A stretch of 64,000 nucleotides of DNA from Octopus sinensis (taxonomy: Eukaryota): positions 62,868,001-62,932,000 of the forward strand of contig NC_043004.1 of NCBI RefSeq assembly GCF_006345805.1, written 5' to 3'. The notes under the pieces were generated by a model. It was not told the DNA's origin, did not search any database, and was given only the letters and a program-made list of their open reading frames with translations. A program made the translations under genes and the position numbers. Shown here piece by piece: positions 1 through 12,342 of this stretch (its first letter is position 1; each line of letters starts with the position of its first letter).

Positions 1-712
1 TTTCACCTGATTGTGGTTCTCAGGGTCTTGGGTGGAATAGTCCAGGCACTCCAGCGTTCTGCGGTGCTTTTCCTCACTGCTGATGTGATGGTGGGTGTTC
101 TTCTCTGTGATCTGCTGGGGCAGAATCTACTAAGGTCACGGTTATCTACATAGTTACTGTCATAGCTTACATTAAGGAGGAGGCCCACTTACATCGGGTT
201 GACTTCACTGAATTCTACTTTACTCTCACAGATAATAATCGCAATGCATTTTCCACAGCATAATCTATGTGAAATTACATCTAGGGTGAAATTACATCCA
301 TACTACTCACTACACAACATGTGAGGTCTTTGGAGTGGCTGCACCTACGGATTTTACAGAAGAAATCCTCCGTGCTCACACAGGCACCTGGGAACATTTC
401 GGTGAGTTGCGCTAATACCTTTGAGAGGAAGTAGGCTAGTCTATAATTGCTACTTCCTACTTTCTTTTATAGGTATAAACAGACAGGCAAACACATGCAT
501 ACGCAAATGAAGACTGAAACACATGACCATATACAGACAGGCACACTTCACGAAGGGCACATAACGAGACACACGTCTATACATAACAGACGCACGTACA
601 TAGTCACAAAAACAATAAAAGACACACTCAGTCATGCACACTATGGCAGACAGAAGTACACACACACGCACATTCAAACACACACTCATGCAAACACATA
701 GATACATACGAT

Positions 713-744
<32 letters not shown>

Positions 745-747
745 ATA

Positions 748-786
<39 letters not shown>

Positions 787-887
787 GAAGTAAACACATA
801 AATGTGAAACAGTGTAGAGAAAAGAGTACTCAAATACCAGTGGTAGAGTAATATGCTTTATTTAAAGCAGCAGAAAATTCAATCACA

Positions 888-933
888 AAACCTGTTACTC
901 TGAGTTTCAGGTTGCCGTTCGTCGGACAGGTTT
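888..933 (-). ncRNA. Second copy of the U4C hammerhead-like motif (left arm of palindrome)
   Basis: Minus strand AAACCTGT-CCGACGA-ACGGCAACCT-GAAA-CTCAGAGTA-ACAGGTTT. Stem II has one mismatch; stem III ACTCAGAGT is self-complementary apart from its central base. Confidence 0.6.
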
Positions 934-939
934 GCTAGC

Positions 940-986
940 AAACCTGTCCGACGAACGGTAACGTGAAACTTCAGAGTAACAGGTTT
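940..986 (+). ncRNA. Minimal type I hammerhead ribozyme-like motif, U4C core variant
   Basis: AAACCTGT-CCGACGA-ACG(GTAA)CGT-GAAA-C(TTCAGA)GTA-ACAGGTTT: 8-bp stem I, 3-bp stem II, short stem III, GUA triplet. Core CCGACGA differs from CUGANGA at position 4. Confidence 0.7.
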
Positions 987-1849
987 TGTTGAATTTTCTG
1001 CTGCTTTAATAAAGCATATTACTCTACCACTGGTATTTGATACTCTTTTCTCTACACTGTTTCACATTATGTGTTTACTTCGGTATATATATATATATAT
1101 ATTCAAATTAGGTCTTAAGGCGGGATTATTGTTATTTTTATTGATATTAATGTCGGGTGAAAGAGTAACTGTATTATCATAGACCATTAAAGTTAATTTC
1201 TCTATACACATTATTTGTTCTACTTCTATTTATAGATTAAGCATTAAGTCTCTAATTCTCTGTTTATTGCCTCCTGCAATAATCTCAGCTAAACGTCTAC
1301 TGGCTGAATACGAAAACATTACTCTATGTGTATTAAATATGTTCCCATATTTACTAAGCTAAATAAAAGAAAAATTGGGATAGAACAACTTCCAAAATCA
1401 CTGTTGCTCTATTGACAAGAATAAGGGATGCTATTATGTTGCTATCAATGCTCTTCGATGCATTGTTGTATATTTCCAATAACGGAATCAAGGCAATTCA
1501 ACTTTCACCCTGAACATCCGACCAGTTATGCTTAACCACTGAAAGTGGAGAAATGTAGGAAGTAGAAGCGAAATGCTTTCCTTCAGAAGTAAATACATCG
1601 CCAATATTGGAATCTAAATCGCGTTATCATGATCGTGAATGCCCCTTCTGTAATACTAGTCATTGCGCCTGCGTATACGAATTTCAGAAGTCAGTGAACA
1701 ACGACACCTTGAATTTGCATATGTGTTTTAAACTCCGTACGTAAACATGCTGTATGCTACTATACATTGTCATCGGAGTATACTACATATTCTATATATT
1801 GTCGTCTTCTTTCTGATGAAAATGTTAGGATGGACATGGTAATTTTGAA

Positions 1850-3420
1850 AAACTTGTTTTGACACCATTGTCTCTCCGCAGCTGTTTCCTTTCTCAAAAT
1901 CCACAAGCCCCAAAACCCTGGATGCCCCATCTTCTCTGCCTATAACCGCTACACAGAATTGATCTCGAAATACCGCAACCGTGTACTTGCCCGTAGTAGC
2001 GCCCCCCACATCCGCAGCACTAACCATGCTCTCCGTTTTTTCAACTCTTTCTCTTTCCTTCCTAGCCTCTCTAAACTTCTCTTCATCTTGATATCAAGAG
2101 TCTATACTTGGTAATCCCACACAACGACGGACCCTTGCCCTGAAACACTTCCTAGACCTTCGACACAACCCCCAACCTGACACATCCACACTTCTTCGTC
2201 TGTCTGAACTTGTTATCTCCTTCAACTGCTTCTCGTTCGCGGGGGATTTTTAACAACATTTCTCGGGAGTGGCTATGGGAACGAGAATGGGCCTCAAATC
2301 TGCGAACCTGTTCGTTGGCTATGTCGAGACCCAAATACTTTCAAGATACATTGGTCCCACTCCCGAACTATACCGTGATTATATTCATGACTTCATCGGT
2401 GCAACATCACTCTCCCGCGAACAACTAGACTCCTTCCTCTCTTTTGTCCATTCCTTACATCCTGCCTTCCAATTCTCCTGCACGATTTCCAATACTTCCG
2501 TTGCGTTTCTCGACAGTTCGGTCAACATACACAACTCTGCTCCCACTACCTCCATCCACTACAATCACACCGACGCACACACATTTCTCAACTTCTCCTT
2601 TTCCCACCTTACCCACACCAAGATGTTCATCTCTTACTCCCAATTCGTATTCCTGCGCACGCTCTGCACTGACAATCATGTCTTTGAAACTAAGTCTCAA
2701 GTTATGGCTCACCACTTTATCTTTCGTGGATATCCTCTCACCACTATCCACACTGTCCTTGCTAGAGCACGTTTCGTGCCTCTGCTCTCTCCCCGAACAC
2801 AAGCCCAGTCGTTGCTCGTCTCCCGTTTCAGCTCACCTACGACCCCTCCACCATGCCTCTCCAACGTACCATTCTCCGGCGACTCCAGTTCGGCACATCC
2901 TCTTCGCATATCTTCCCTAAACTAACCGTTCGCGCCTTCAAATGAGAAGAACCTACGTGACCTTCTTGACCACAGTTTCTTCCTTAACACCACCTCCCAG
3001 CCTGGCTCGTTCTCGTGCCCACAGTGTAACACTTGCTCCTACCTCTTCAACACCACCTTCCTCACAGGCACCCATCATCGTCCCTATCATATCAGTGCCT
3101 CTTTACCTGCACTTCTAGCAACCTAATTTACAGCATCACTTACTCTTTCTGTTTTTCTTATTTGTGCATCGCTGCTTGCCTAGCCGGAGGTGCTCCACGA
3201 ACCGGCCAGTCAAGCGGCGTCCCGTTTGACCGAGCCATTTGCTCTGATACCTACTTCCTCTCTTCACTCACACCCAGCATCTCTCTTCATTGATACCCCT
3301 CCCCCAGACCCCAACTCCACATCCTCACCACCCACACCCCACCATCACATCCCCACACCACCACACCACCAAACTACATCACACCACTCTGAACCACTCC
3401 AGATACGCTAGCACTTACCC
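1850..3420 (+). mobile_element. Degenerate Penelope-like retroelement (RT + GIY-YIG endonuclease)
   Basis: NPGCPIFSAYNRYTELISKY (NPGRPI motif), GVAMGTRMGLKSANLFVGYVE, YIHDFIG (decayed YIDD), TSIHYNHTDAHTFLNFSFSH thumb region, FTCTSSNLIYSIT GIY-YIG start. Multiple stops and frameshifts. Confidence 0.88.
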
Positions 3421-3681
3421 AGCACCCGCACAAAACACTAACACCCGTACACATTACAGAAACACACACATAGACGAATGCACACACATATACACGCATC
3501 CACACTTCAAAGTTACTAGTCTCTATCTACACTAGTCCCTATCGCTCCACCACCGCTCATGTCTCTTTGAGACATTTAGAAATTCAATATTTCTAATTAC
3601 CGTGACCAGTGAATAGATTTCACTGTAAATATATATATTTGCGAAGATTTGGCAGGTATCTCTACTAGCAGGACTTACTAC

Positions 3682-3727
3682 CCTGGACTGATGACGGGCA
3701 AGACCCAGAAACATGCATTTCTTCAGG
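3682..3727 (+). ncRNA. Minimal hammerhead ribozyme-like motif (canonical core, partly decayed) in PLE 3' tail
   Basis: CCTGGA-CTGATGA-CGGG(CAAGA)CCCA-GAAA-C-ATGCAT-TTC-TTCAGG: 6-bp stem I with one G-U, palindromic stem III. Closing pair of stem II and G16.2 are mutated. Confidence 0.65.
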
Positions 3728-3799
3728 TTCCTAGTCCTAGCTGGTGGGGGTACTTGCATCCCCTTCGCAAATATAAGGACACAGGAAATGTGTCAAGGC

Positions 3800-4690
3800 C
3801 GACAGGAAGCGTCGATGCTTCCTAGAGCTAAACAGTGGTGAGTAATTGCCTTTACGGGACTGTCACGTTATGTTGAGAGTATACAACCACTCTATAAATG
3901 TAAATTATTTAATTAATTAAAGGCTGGAAGATAGAGGAAATAATAAGAATGTTTTTCCAGATAAACTGTAATTATAGTATGTATATATAACTGGAGATGA
4001 GACCAATTGAGGGAATAAATAGAAAAGAACAGTTAAGGAGAGGTAATAGATAAAGCTAAACGAATAAGTAATAAATGGGCTACATTAAAAATGTGCAGAT
4101 TAGAGTCTTAAGAGAGGTATGCGAGGTATGAAGTAAAAATACCATACTAAATAAGAAGTTAAATGGATTTATAACTAAAAATATTAAAGCATTCTAACAA
4201 GAACGAGGAAATTTGAAGAAAGGAAAATATTAAGTTTATTAAAGACTGGAAGTTATAGAGAATGATAATGAGTTTATTAAGAGATAAGTACAAGTAAACT
4301 GTAATTATAGTATACATATACAAAACGCCCCCGTTCAAATCATATCTGAATCATATGAGATTTTCTTATACTAAACACTCAGGATATATTGTTATTTACA
4401 ACGCCAATATACAGAACCTTTCTCCCCTTTCTAGGTATGTACCATGTTTTATATAATGTTCTTTATGTATAAAATTTATCAGTAACAATTTACAGCCGTT
4501 TTCTCAACATGCAGGTATTAAACACCTATTTTGTAAATCTTAAACTACCTCTGACGAGATTCGACTTCCAAGTAAATTTTAATTTTATTACTAAATTCTT
4601 TGAAGGTGTTGAATTGAAACACCTGTAAGGGTTGTTTGTCAATTTTTTAATCGATAAATAATAATTCATTACCTCTTCTATTTTCTCATC
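3800..4690. mobile_element. AT-rich interspersed repeat remnant, probably PLE terminal/UTR sequence
   Basis: Internal duplication TAAACTGTAATTATAGTAT at ~3962 and ~4295. Decayed hammerhead-like AATTCT-TTGAAGG...GAAACACCTGTA-AGGGTT at ~4594-4633. Confidence 0.3.
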
Positions 4691-4694
4691 ATAT

Positions 4695-4773
<79 letters not shown>

Positions 4774-5429
4774 ATATACAGTCAGTAGTTTGCTGGTTTA
4801 CTGCAACACGAGTTACTTACCTGGATAGACGCCAGCATTTCCGTCAGACTACCCACTTTCCGACGGTTGCACATTCTCATTTCCAGATGGAAAGTGTGGA
4901 ATATCTAGACGTGGCTTTCTTGCTGAAATACAAAACCTGCCGCATGGTCAATCGTCCAACTAGTCAAGTGTGTAATCTGATTAAGACTCACCGATTCCAA
5001 TTAACTACGTTAAAACCTATGTATACATATGTGTGTAAATATGTAGAGGCAAATATACGTATATATGTAGGAGTGTGTGCGCATGTGTTTGTATTTGAGC
5101 GCTAGTGTCTGTGTGTGCATGCTTATTTTTGTTTAGGTATACATATATAGATATAGACAGATAGATATACGTAAACTTTAAAACATACATATAAACGGAT
5201 GTATATGTGTGTGTGTTTGTGTATGTGGTTGTGTGTGTGTGTGTGTGTGTGTATGTCTGTGTGTATGTGAATGCGTGTGTATTACAACAATGATCTTAAC
5301 AAAGAAATTATTATTTATAACGCTGTTATTTAAACTTTGCGATATGGCTGCGAAACATGGACATTATATCTTCGCGACATTCAAAAATTTGAATGCTTTC
5401 ACCAACAACAGCTTCGCTTAATCTTGAGC

Positions 5430-5945
5430 TAAATATGGGATCACTATGTGACCAACAATAAAGGTTCAACTGTCAAAGTGTCGAGCAGCTCAACATGAAA
5501 CACTGTCTTCAATGATCAGGACGTATAGCAAGATTGGAAGAGTCAAGGCTCCCACTGCAAGTCTTATTTCGGGAGCTCACATCAGGAGAAAGACCTCTTC
5601 GAAGATAACAGGACCTACTGTAAGCAATACAGAAAGCGATTAGTATTGAACGTAAATTGTTTGAGACAAGTCCGAGGCAGTACCATGAGGAAGCGTTCCA
5701 TCACCATAGGAACGAAAAACGTGGAAGCCGCAAGAGAAAAGGAAGGAAGATAACAAACGACTGGAGAAAACGCTTCGACAAAATCAAACTTACCCTCCAC
5801 CAACATTACCATGCGGTCAATGTCATCGACTCTTCTATGCACGATTTGATTTACAGAGTCACGAGCGTTATCACCATAAAGAAAGCGTTCAGCGTAGGAG
5901 AATATAACTAGTCGGACACGAGATAAAGCCGACGAAGACAGCATC
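5430..5945 (+). mobile_element. RTE-type LINE 3' fragment with terminal C2H2 zinc finger
   Basis: Frame 5812-5874 reads CGQCHRLFYARFDLQSHERYH, preceded by a basic KR-rich helix and a decayed EDNRTY segment. Zinc-finger C-termini are typical of RTE ORFs. Confidence 0.7.
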
Positions 5946-6791
5946 CATGTGTGTGTTAGTAGGCGTGTTTGGTGAGTGTGTGTGAGTATGTGTGTGAGTA
6001 AGTCTGTGTCTCTGAATGTGTTTGTGCATAAGTATGTATGCGTATGTGTGCATGTGTATACGCATTGTAATTTTTCAAAATTTCAGTCAAAGCATTGTAT
6101 ATATATTGAAGCTGTCTACCATACAGATTTGACCGCGCTCTTATGTAGGTTTCAATATCCGTTTGTAATTCTTACAGGTGACCGAAGTCAACCTACGACA
6201 TTAATCGAATATAAGGAAATTTATTTATACTTCAATGAAGACAAAACTAAACAAAGCAAGCCTGTTCTTTATGAAAGAGACTCTATAAAGGTTGTTTTAA
6301 ATAATGCAGAGTAGAGATACATATAATATCGTTATGAAAATGGATTTTAAGCATGTAGTGAAGAAAACAGAGAGTAAAAATACCACGTGAATTCAATATA
6401 ATTTAGTATTCTTGACAGAGAAGAATTAAGCCAGGGTAAAACTCAGGATTGCTCACAGTCTCCCAACTAAAATTCGAAGAGTGACTCTAATGAGAAGTTT
6501 AATCAGAAACAAGTGCAAAAACAAAACATTTGAGAAGGTGCTAACATGAAGTACTGATTACATATGCCATAGCTAAATGAAATACCGCACGTTTACTGTT
6601 TTCTGTTTCTTGCCTCGTTGGAATAAATACAGAGACGTTATTAAACCGGTTTCATGCCCACTGGACACACTGTCAAATCGACCGCAAAGAATGAGAAACG
6701 GAATATATATATAAATATGTGTATGACAAAAAAAATAGTCAAAATCATCAAACAGGGTCATGCTTATACGAATACAGAGTTGGAATCAAAA

Positions 6792-6872
<81 letters not shown>

Positions 6873-8131
6873 GGGTTCGGTAAATAAACTGTCATCCAAA
6901 TTCAGATCACAGCTTGGAAACTTTAGGGCTATATCGATCAGTGTTGACCTGAAGTGAAACATCAACCATATAAACGTGGCGATATAGTAAAATACAATTT
7001 ATAGAAATTGAAGGAAATGATAGACAGAAATCATAAAGCGAAGTAAAGCTGTTTAATTTTAAATATATAATGTAAACATTATCGATACTGAGAGTGAATT
7101 ATATTTAACCAGATATTCAAATTTCAGAATAAAGTTACCATGTAATTAATAACATCAAACTGATCAACAGCTTTAAACAATGCTACGATTTGAAATATTT
7201 TCTTAATATCAGAGATGACAAATATTTCACTAAATTGAAATACGGCCCAACTCCTCAAAATGAATACACATAGTGAATGATTATAATGTCAGTTTTTATT
7301 AAACTATATTTCGTTTTCAAGATTTATTATAATCAGCTAGCAGAATTTAATTACTTTATGAACAACTCTTTTCAAACTGATTGAGGTCCATATCCCGGCA
7401 CTATTTGGAATGCACAGCAATGAAATCGTAATCAACAAATGGCATTACTTTTTGAATTAATGCTCATTCTCATTCAACAGACTCTCCCTGTATTCGGTTG
7501 TGTATAGGAAATGTTATCTTTTTAACATTCCCTAACCAGAAGGTCCAGTGCTGTGAAAATAGAGTATATTTTACTGAATATATCCTGCACCTCACATGTT
7601 AAGCATAATCATATAAATTTAAACCCTTACTTTACTATGTTGGAAATAAATATTTCAGAACATAGTAAATGCTACAATAAATCCTTTTAATGTTAAACCG
7701 CATCAGTTCCTGGTAAATGACGAAACACGACGTTCTTCCGTAATACGAGGATCTCCATGTCCTCAGTAGGTGTAGCGGTAGTGGTAAAGGCTATTCACTT
7801 CACGCAATCATTGTTAGAGCATGTTCGTTTTCTACAAATAAAATTATGCATAACTCACGAAGCATCAGTCATCGGTGAGGATCGTCTTCACTGAGATCAT
7901 GGACAATTCTTGGAATGTAACTATTCTAATGACAGCGCTTCAAAATTCGATGGATTCCTTCGTTGGAAATTTCTGTCTCTCAAAATATTATGGTAATACA
8001 TTTCTCATTCTGTGGGGCTACATGATGTCCGTGTTTTTACGGAACTTTTTTGTAAACATTCTGAACTGTTCCATCAGCTTAAAATATACTTTTAAGTCAA
8101 GTGATATTAATTCGCCTTTGTAATATATATA

Positions 8132-8199
<68 letters not shown>

Positions 8200-8506
8200 A
8201 TTCGTAATATTCGGGATATATTAAATATATCAAATATTTTTGAAAAGTAGAATATTAGCATATGTCCCTAATATGAATTTCATAAATCAACCTCATGGGG
8301 TTTTCAACAGAATGCCCATTTTATTGTATAATGAGAGGGAATTCTACGATGCATAAAGCAGTATTCATCACTTAAATAAAAGCGTACTAAAAATGTCGGT
8401 TATCTTAGTTTTATGTCAGTAAATCCTGCAATAATGCTACTTTACTCTCTTCAGTTGAAAAGAATCTGGCATGTAGCTGGTGCTATATACTTCAAATTAA
8501 TATACA

Positions 8507-8683
8507 TTATTTATTCAATTTGGTAAATACGGATACGACTTGTTTTTGTTGTTCTTGTTCTTGTTTGCAGCAAACGGCATTACATGAGATTGGATTTTGA
8601 TGCAAACAAATTAGTCTTTTCTTGCATTTATCAAGATAAAATTGAACGATTTTGAAACTAACATGGAAAACGTGTAAACCGAC
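8507..8683 (-). CDS. Candidate terminal coding exon of the host gene
   Basis: Acceptor ttttttaaag|GTC, phase 0. Open frame VGLHVFHVSFKIVQFYLDKCKKRLICL...VFTKLNK* is compatible with the upstream 46-nt exon. Confidence 0.4.
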   Translation of the reverse strand, partial: VGLHVFHVSFKIVQFYLDKCKKRLICLHQNPISCNAVCCKQEQEQQKQVVSVFTKLNK

Positions 8684-8937
8684 CTTTAAAAAAGGAAATG
8701 TCATTAGTTATCTTTTGATCTGAGAGCAAAATATTACGGCTTGTTATAAAATGTTTACTTAAAGAGTGTCTTTACAAAAAATAAGCTGAAAGAGTATTAG
8801 AGTTATCAGAGATAATCATTATCTAAATTTGCTTGTCATAAGGATGTTTGTTGGTAAATGATGCATGTCAGCCACCTGAATTTTTTTGTTCAAAACTCCG
8901 TACTCAAAATTTGAAAAGCATATGTTATGAAACTTAC

Positions 8938-8983
8938 GTAAATGCAGCTTAATGTCTCAAAAAAGCTGCTGGTATGGGTGGTC
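8938..8983 (-). CDS. Candidate 46-nt internal exon of the host gene
   Basis: ctactttag|G...TTAC|GTAAGT. Only the phase 2->0 frame is open (TTHTSSFFETLSCIY), which links exon 31158-31529 (ends phase 2) to exon 8507-8683 (starts phase 0). Confidence 0.45.
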
Positions 8984-10576
8984 CTAAAGTAGATTACTGG
9001 TTTTTCATCGATTCTCGGAATGTTCTAAAGCAGTTTCTATATCGAATTCTAAACAAATATTTAATTGCTTGTTATTTACAATGTCTCTAATATTACTTTG
9101 GAAACTGTTGAGATTCATTGACCAGTAAAACATTTGATTTTAGTCTGAAACTAGGTTCTATATAACATACCCAGGCAGTAAATTCTCTAAAAAGTGACAA
9201 ACAGTAGTTGGTGAATAACCCAAGAATGTACGGCTAATCGCGGAAAAGGAAAGGCTCTACCGTTCATCTCCATCAAAAAATGGAAGAAGTATATTTGACG
9301 TTACTCACCCTCTAAAATTAAGTTAGTAACTAAATTTAAATATGAATGAACATTTTCACGAAATAAAATGAATTGGAAACAATTTGAACAACATGCACGA
9401 TGACAGGTCGCAGATGGCAAATTTTTTCTAAAGCATAGTGACATTTGTCACAAATATAAACATTTGTTTTGAAAATGCTTATATTTGTGTTTTCAGTTCT
9501 TCAAATTTCAGAATTCTGTAAGCGACATTTTAATGTAATAATTTCTTAGTGTATGAATTAAAAGAAAACGTTTGGTTGAAATTATATGATATGATCTTTT
9601 CATGTATTACATCTTACAATATTATTCTTAATGTTTTTTCATGAACGATAAAATCATCATTGCTTTTGGATGATAGATGTCAAAATAAATATAATGTTTT
9701 AAATCATAAGAGTATTAATGCAGTGCAGTTACTGCAGCACTTTCATATTCAAGAAGGAATTAGAAGAGGAATTACAATTTTATTATATCACATATAACAA
9801 TATATTCCCCATAATTTGAGATAACCAATATTATATATGCAATAAATATTGTAATGTCAAGTAGCTCATTAACGCTACTGAATTATTATATTTTTAGAAA
9901 GATGGTTAAGTTCATCTTTTTCAATGTTAATACAAAGCGAATTACTATGAAATTAGTAGCTTGCGTATATATAATTCTCTATAAATATGTAAGCGTGCAC
10001 GTATTTTAAAATAGAGTTTTGTTGAGGTCATGATATTCTATATGACAATAATAGTTTGGAAGTCATTTGAAATGAAGACGCATCTCATAAAACCGAGGCA
10101 GTAAACTATGACTCCCGGACGTCCAGGTGCCTTTCTGCTTGAGTTTGTTAATATTTCTATCCCAATGTCCTTATCCATAAACATATGATAATCTCAAATC
10201 GATAGAAATCATTACTACATAAAATAACACAGCTTATTCATTAAATTGCTAGATCATATCTTGATGACGTTTTCTGAGTGTGTGAATGTGTGCATGTATG
10301 TGTGCGTGTATCTGTCTGTGTATTTGTTTGATGAGGTTGAAGATTTAAGAAGCTCTATACAGGGTCGTAGTGGCTTAGTGGTTGTTTTTATATGCTAACA
10401 TTTTGTTACAATACTTTTACGATAACCAGTGTATCAAGAGAAAATTCTACTGTTCCTTGAAATTGTATCTTTTATTTGGCATTCTAATCCTGGAATTCAT
10501 ACATAGATACATGCATATATATATATTTACATTATTTACATTTGACAGATATTTGTCCTCATCTTGTTTGTTGTTA

Positions 10577-10623
10577 ACACAACGTTTCGGCTAATCGACT
10601 CCCACCAAGCCTTCATCAGGTGC
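10577..10623 (-). ncRNA. Minimal hammerhead ribozyme-like motif (canonical core plus extra A before stem II)
   Basis: GCAC-CTGATGA-A-GGCT(15 nt)AGCC-GAAA-CGTT-GTGT, with palindromic ACGT stem III and a GUU triplet. The plus-strand copy at ~10870-10905 has lost 7 nt including CTG. Confidence 0.7.
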
Positions 10624-10654
10624 CTTGCGGAAATTTCGAACCTGGGTTCACACG

Positions 10655-10727
10655 GGTATATGGTGTAGTGGGTAAGAGCGCGGGCTACTAACCCCAGGAT
10701 TCCGAGTTCGATTCGAAGCAGAGACCT
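10655..10727 (+). promoter_or_regulatory. tRNA-like Pol III internal promoter (SINE-type head; not a functional tRNA)
   Basis: Box A TGGTGTAGTGG, box B GAGTTCGATTC, anticodon-like arm GGG-CTACTAA-CCC. Acceptor stem is poorly paired. Confidence 0.7.
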
Positions 10728-10752
10728 GAAAAACAACAACAACAACAACAAA

Positions 10753-10814
<62 letters not shown>

Positions 10815-11025
10815 CAACAACATCGAAAAATACCTTAGGAATGAGAACCCAGGTTCGAAATTTCCCCAAGATGAAGGCTGGAGGACACATCAACCGAAAC
10901 GTTCTGTTAACAACAAACGAGATGAGGACAAATATCCGTCAAATGTAAATAATGTGAAAAATGTACGAAATTCCAAAACTCATTCTCTTATTATTATTAA
11001 TACTTATATATATATGCACACACAT

Positions 11026-11056
<31 letters not shown>

Positions 11057-11099
11057 ATATATATATATATGTATATATAGATATATATATGTATATATA

Positions 11100-11134
<35 letters not shown>

Positions 11135-12276
11135 GTATCTATAAAAGGCATGATGTGTGTGTGTGTACGTGATTGTAATTTATGCACGTCCAAAAATTAG
11201 CACGCATGTCGCTCCATTTTTAGGAGGACATTCGTCAACACGCTACCTGGGTTTTGTCAACTTATTTTTTTACCGAGGCACCGCGGATAGCGGTAAAAAT
11301 CTATTTTCAGCCATAGCTTTTACCAATTTTGAAGGTTGTTAACATGAGTTAATTCCCTTCTAGCCATGGCCAAGCGAAAGTGTGTGTGAAGGAGAGAGAA
11401 AGGTTGTGTGTTGATGTATGTGCGTGTGCGTAGTGAGGGAGAGAAATTGTTTCACAACGTCTAAAAAAAAGTAAAGAAAAAGTATGTGTAAGGATGAGTG
11501 GGATATAGTTTAACAGCGTCTAACAAAAAGACACAAGGTAAAGGAAAGTGGAAGAGAGGCAGAGGATTTGACAGCGTCTAACAAAAAGAAAGGTAAAGAC
11601 AAAGTGAGAGAGAGGGGAGAGTAAGTAACAACGTTCATAAAAAATAAAATGTAAACTGTTTTTTTTTCTTAAACAAGAGATATAGTGTTCAAATTTAAGA
11701 TGTTTTTGAAAGACACTATATTTTATAATCAGATTATATATACTTTCTCACACAACAATTACAATATATTTATTTTGAATGATTTATTTATTTTAAATCG
11801 TTCATGTTTCTCCCCGCCCCTCTCTCTCACACACACCTTACTTTGGGAGTTTTGTTTTTATTTTACGCCGAGTAAAAACGTGTTTTCTTGAGAATCCATT
11901 TACTTAACAAAGAAACAAAGAGGTTGCTAACAGTTTGTCAGTGAATTACACAATATATATGACTACGATTTCCGAGGCTTCCACCACGCCCCACTCCGTT
12001 TTAGGGACCACAAAATGAGTTTTGTAGCATATTAGGAAGTCCGAGTAGTTGATTCCACGCGAAAAAAAAATGATTTTTTTCTTAATGAAAATCGTGCGAG
12101 TGTTGATCTACAAATTCACCAACCTTTTTCCATTCTTTTCTGTCTATGAACATGTATGCGTGCAAAAAATATATGCAATATATATAAACCAATTTCAACG
12201 GATTTCGCCCAAATTTGACGTCGATATTACGTAGTTTGGTTTGAAATAAAACTTGAGTAGCTTAATAATCGTAACT

Positions 12277-12308
12277 TAATCCCAGGCAAAGTCGGGTTAG
12301 ACTGCTAG

Positions 12309-12342
<34 letters not shown>

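Larger units (their letters stand above)
781..1090. repeat. ~310-bp near-perfect palindrome (fold-back of a Penelope-type terminal sequence) between (TA)n tracts
   Basis: Arms 781-936 and 937-1090 are reverse complements around the centre TTTGCT|AGCAAA, with only a few mismatches or indels. Each arm carries a hammerhead-like motif. Confidence 0.92.
10529..10955 (+). mobile_element. Short non-coding PLE-derived element: inverted tail copy + tRNA-like head + (AAC/AAT)n + hammerhead-bearing tail
   Basis: Arms 10529-10648 and 10846-10955 are inverted repeats. Between them lie a box A/box B head and a microsatellite. Confidence 0.8.

Noticed and set aside
3-188. ORF at the window start
   Set aside because: No recognisable domain or splice context; probably part of an element extending outside the window.
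447-833. Long ORFs rich in YI/HT/CV dipeptides (also 10939-11193, 33374-33976, 43783-44193, 58355-58743, 63556-63914)
   Set aside because: Translations of (TA)n, (CA)n and (TG)n microsatellites, not genes.
4594-4633. Additional hammerhead
   Set aside because: Core (TTGAAGG) and stem II too decayed; noted only as a relic.
9308-9310. 3-nt micro-exon ttttag|AGG|GTGAGT on the minus strand
   Set aside because: Lies in sequence that looks like an interspersed repeat remnant, with no supporting phase logic.
10655-10727. Functional tRNA with anticodon ACT
   Set aside because: Acceptor and T stems pair poorly and it sits in a repeat, so it is treated as a SINE-type head.
10536-10893. Poly-Leu / poly-Ile ORFs, and similar ones at 36096-36321 and 37175-37569
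   Set aside because: Artefacts of trinucleotide repeats; they mimic TM helices but have no splice or start context.
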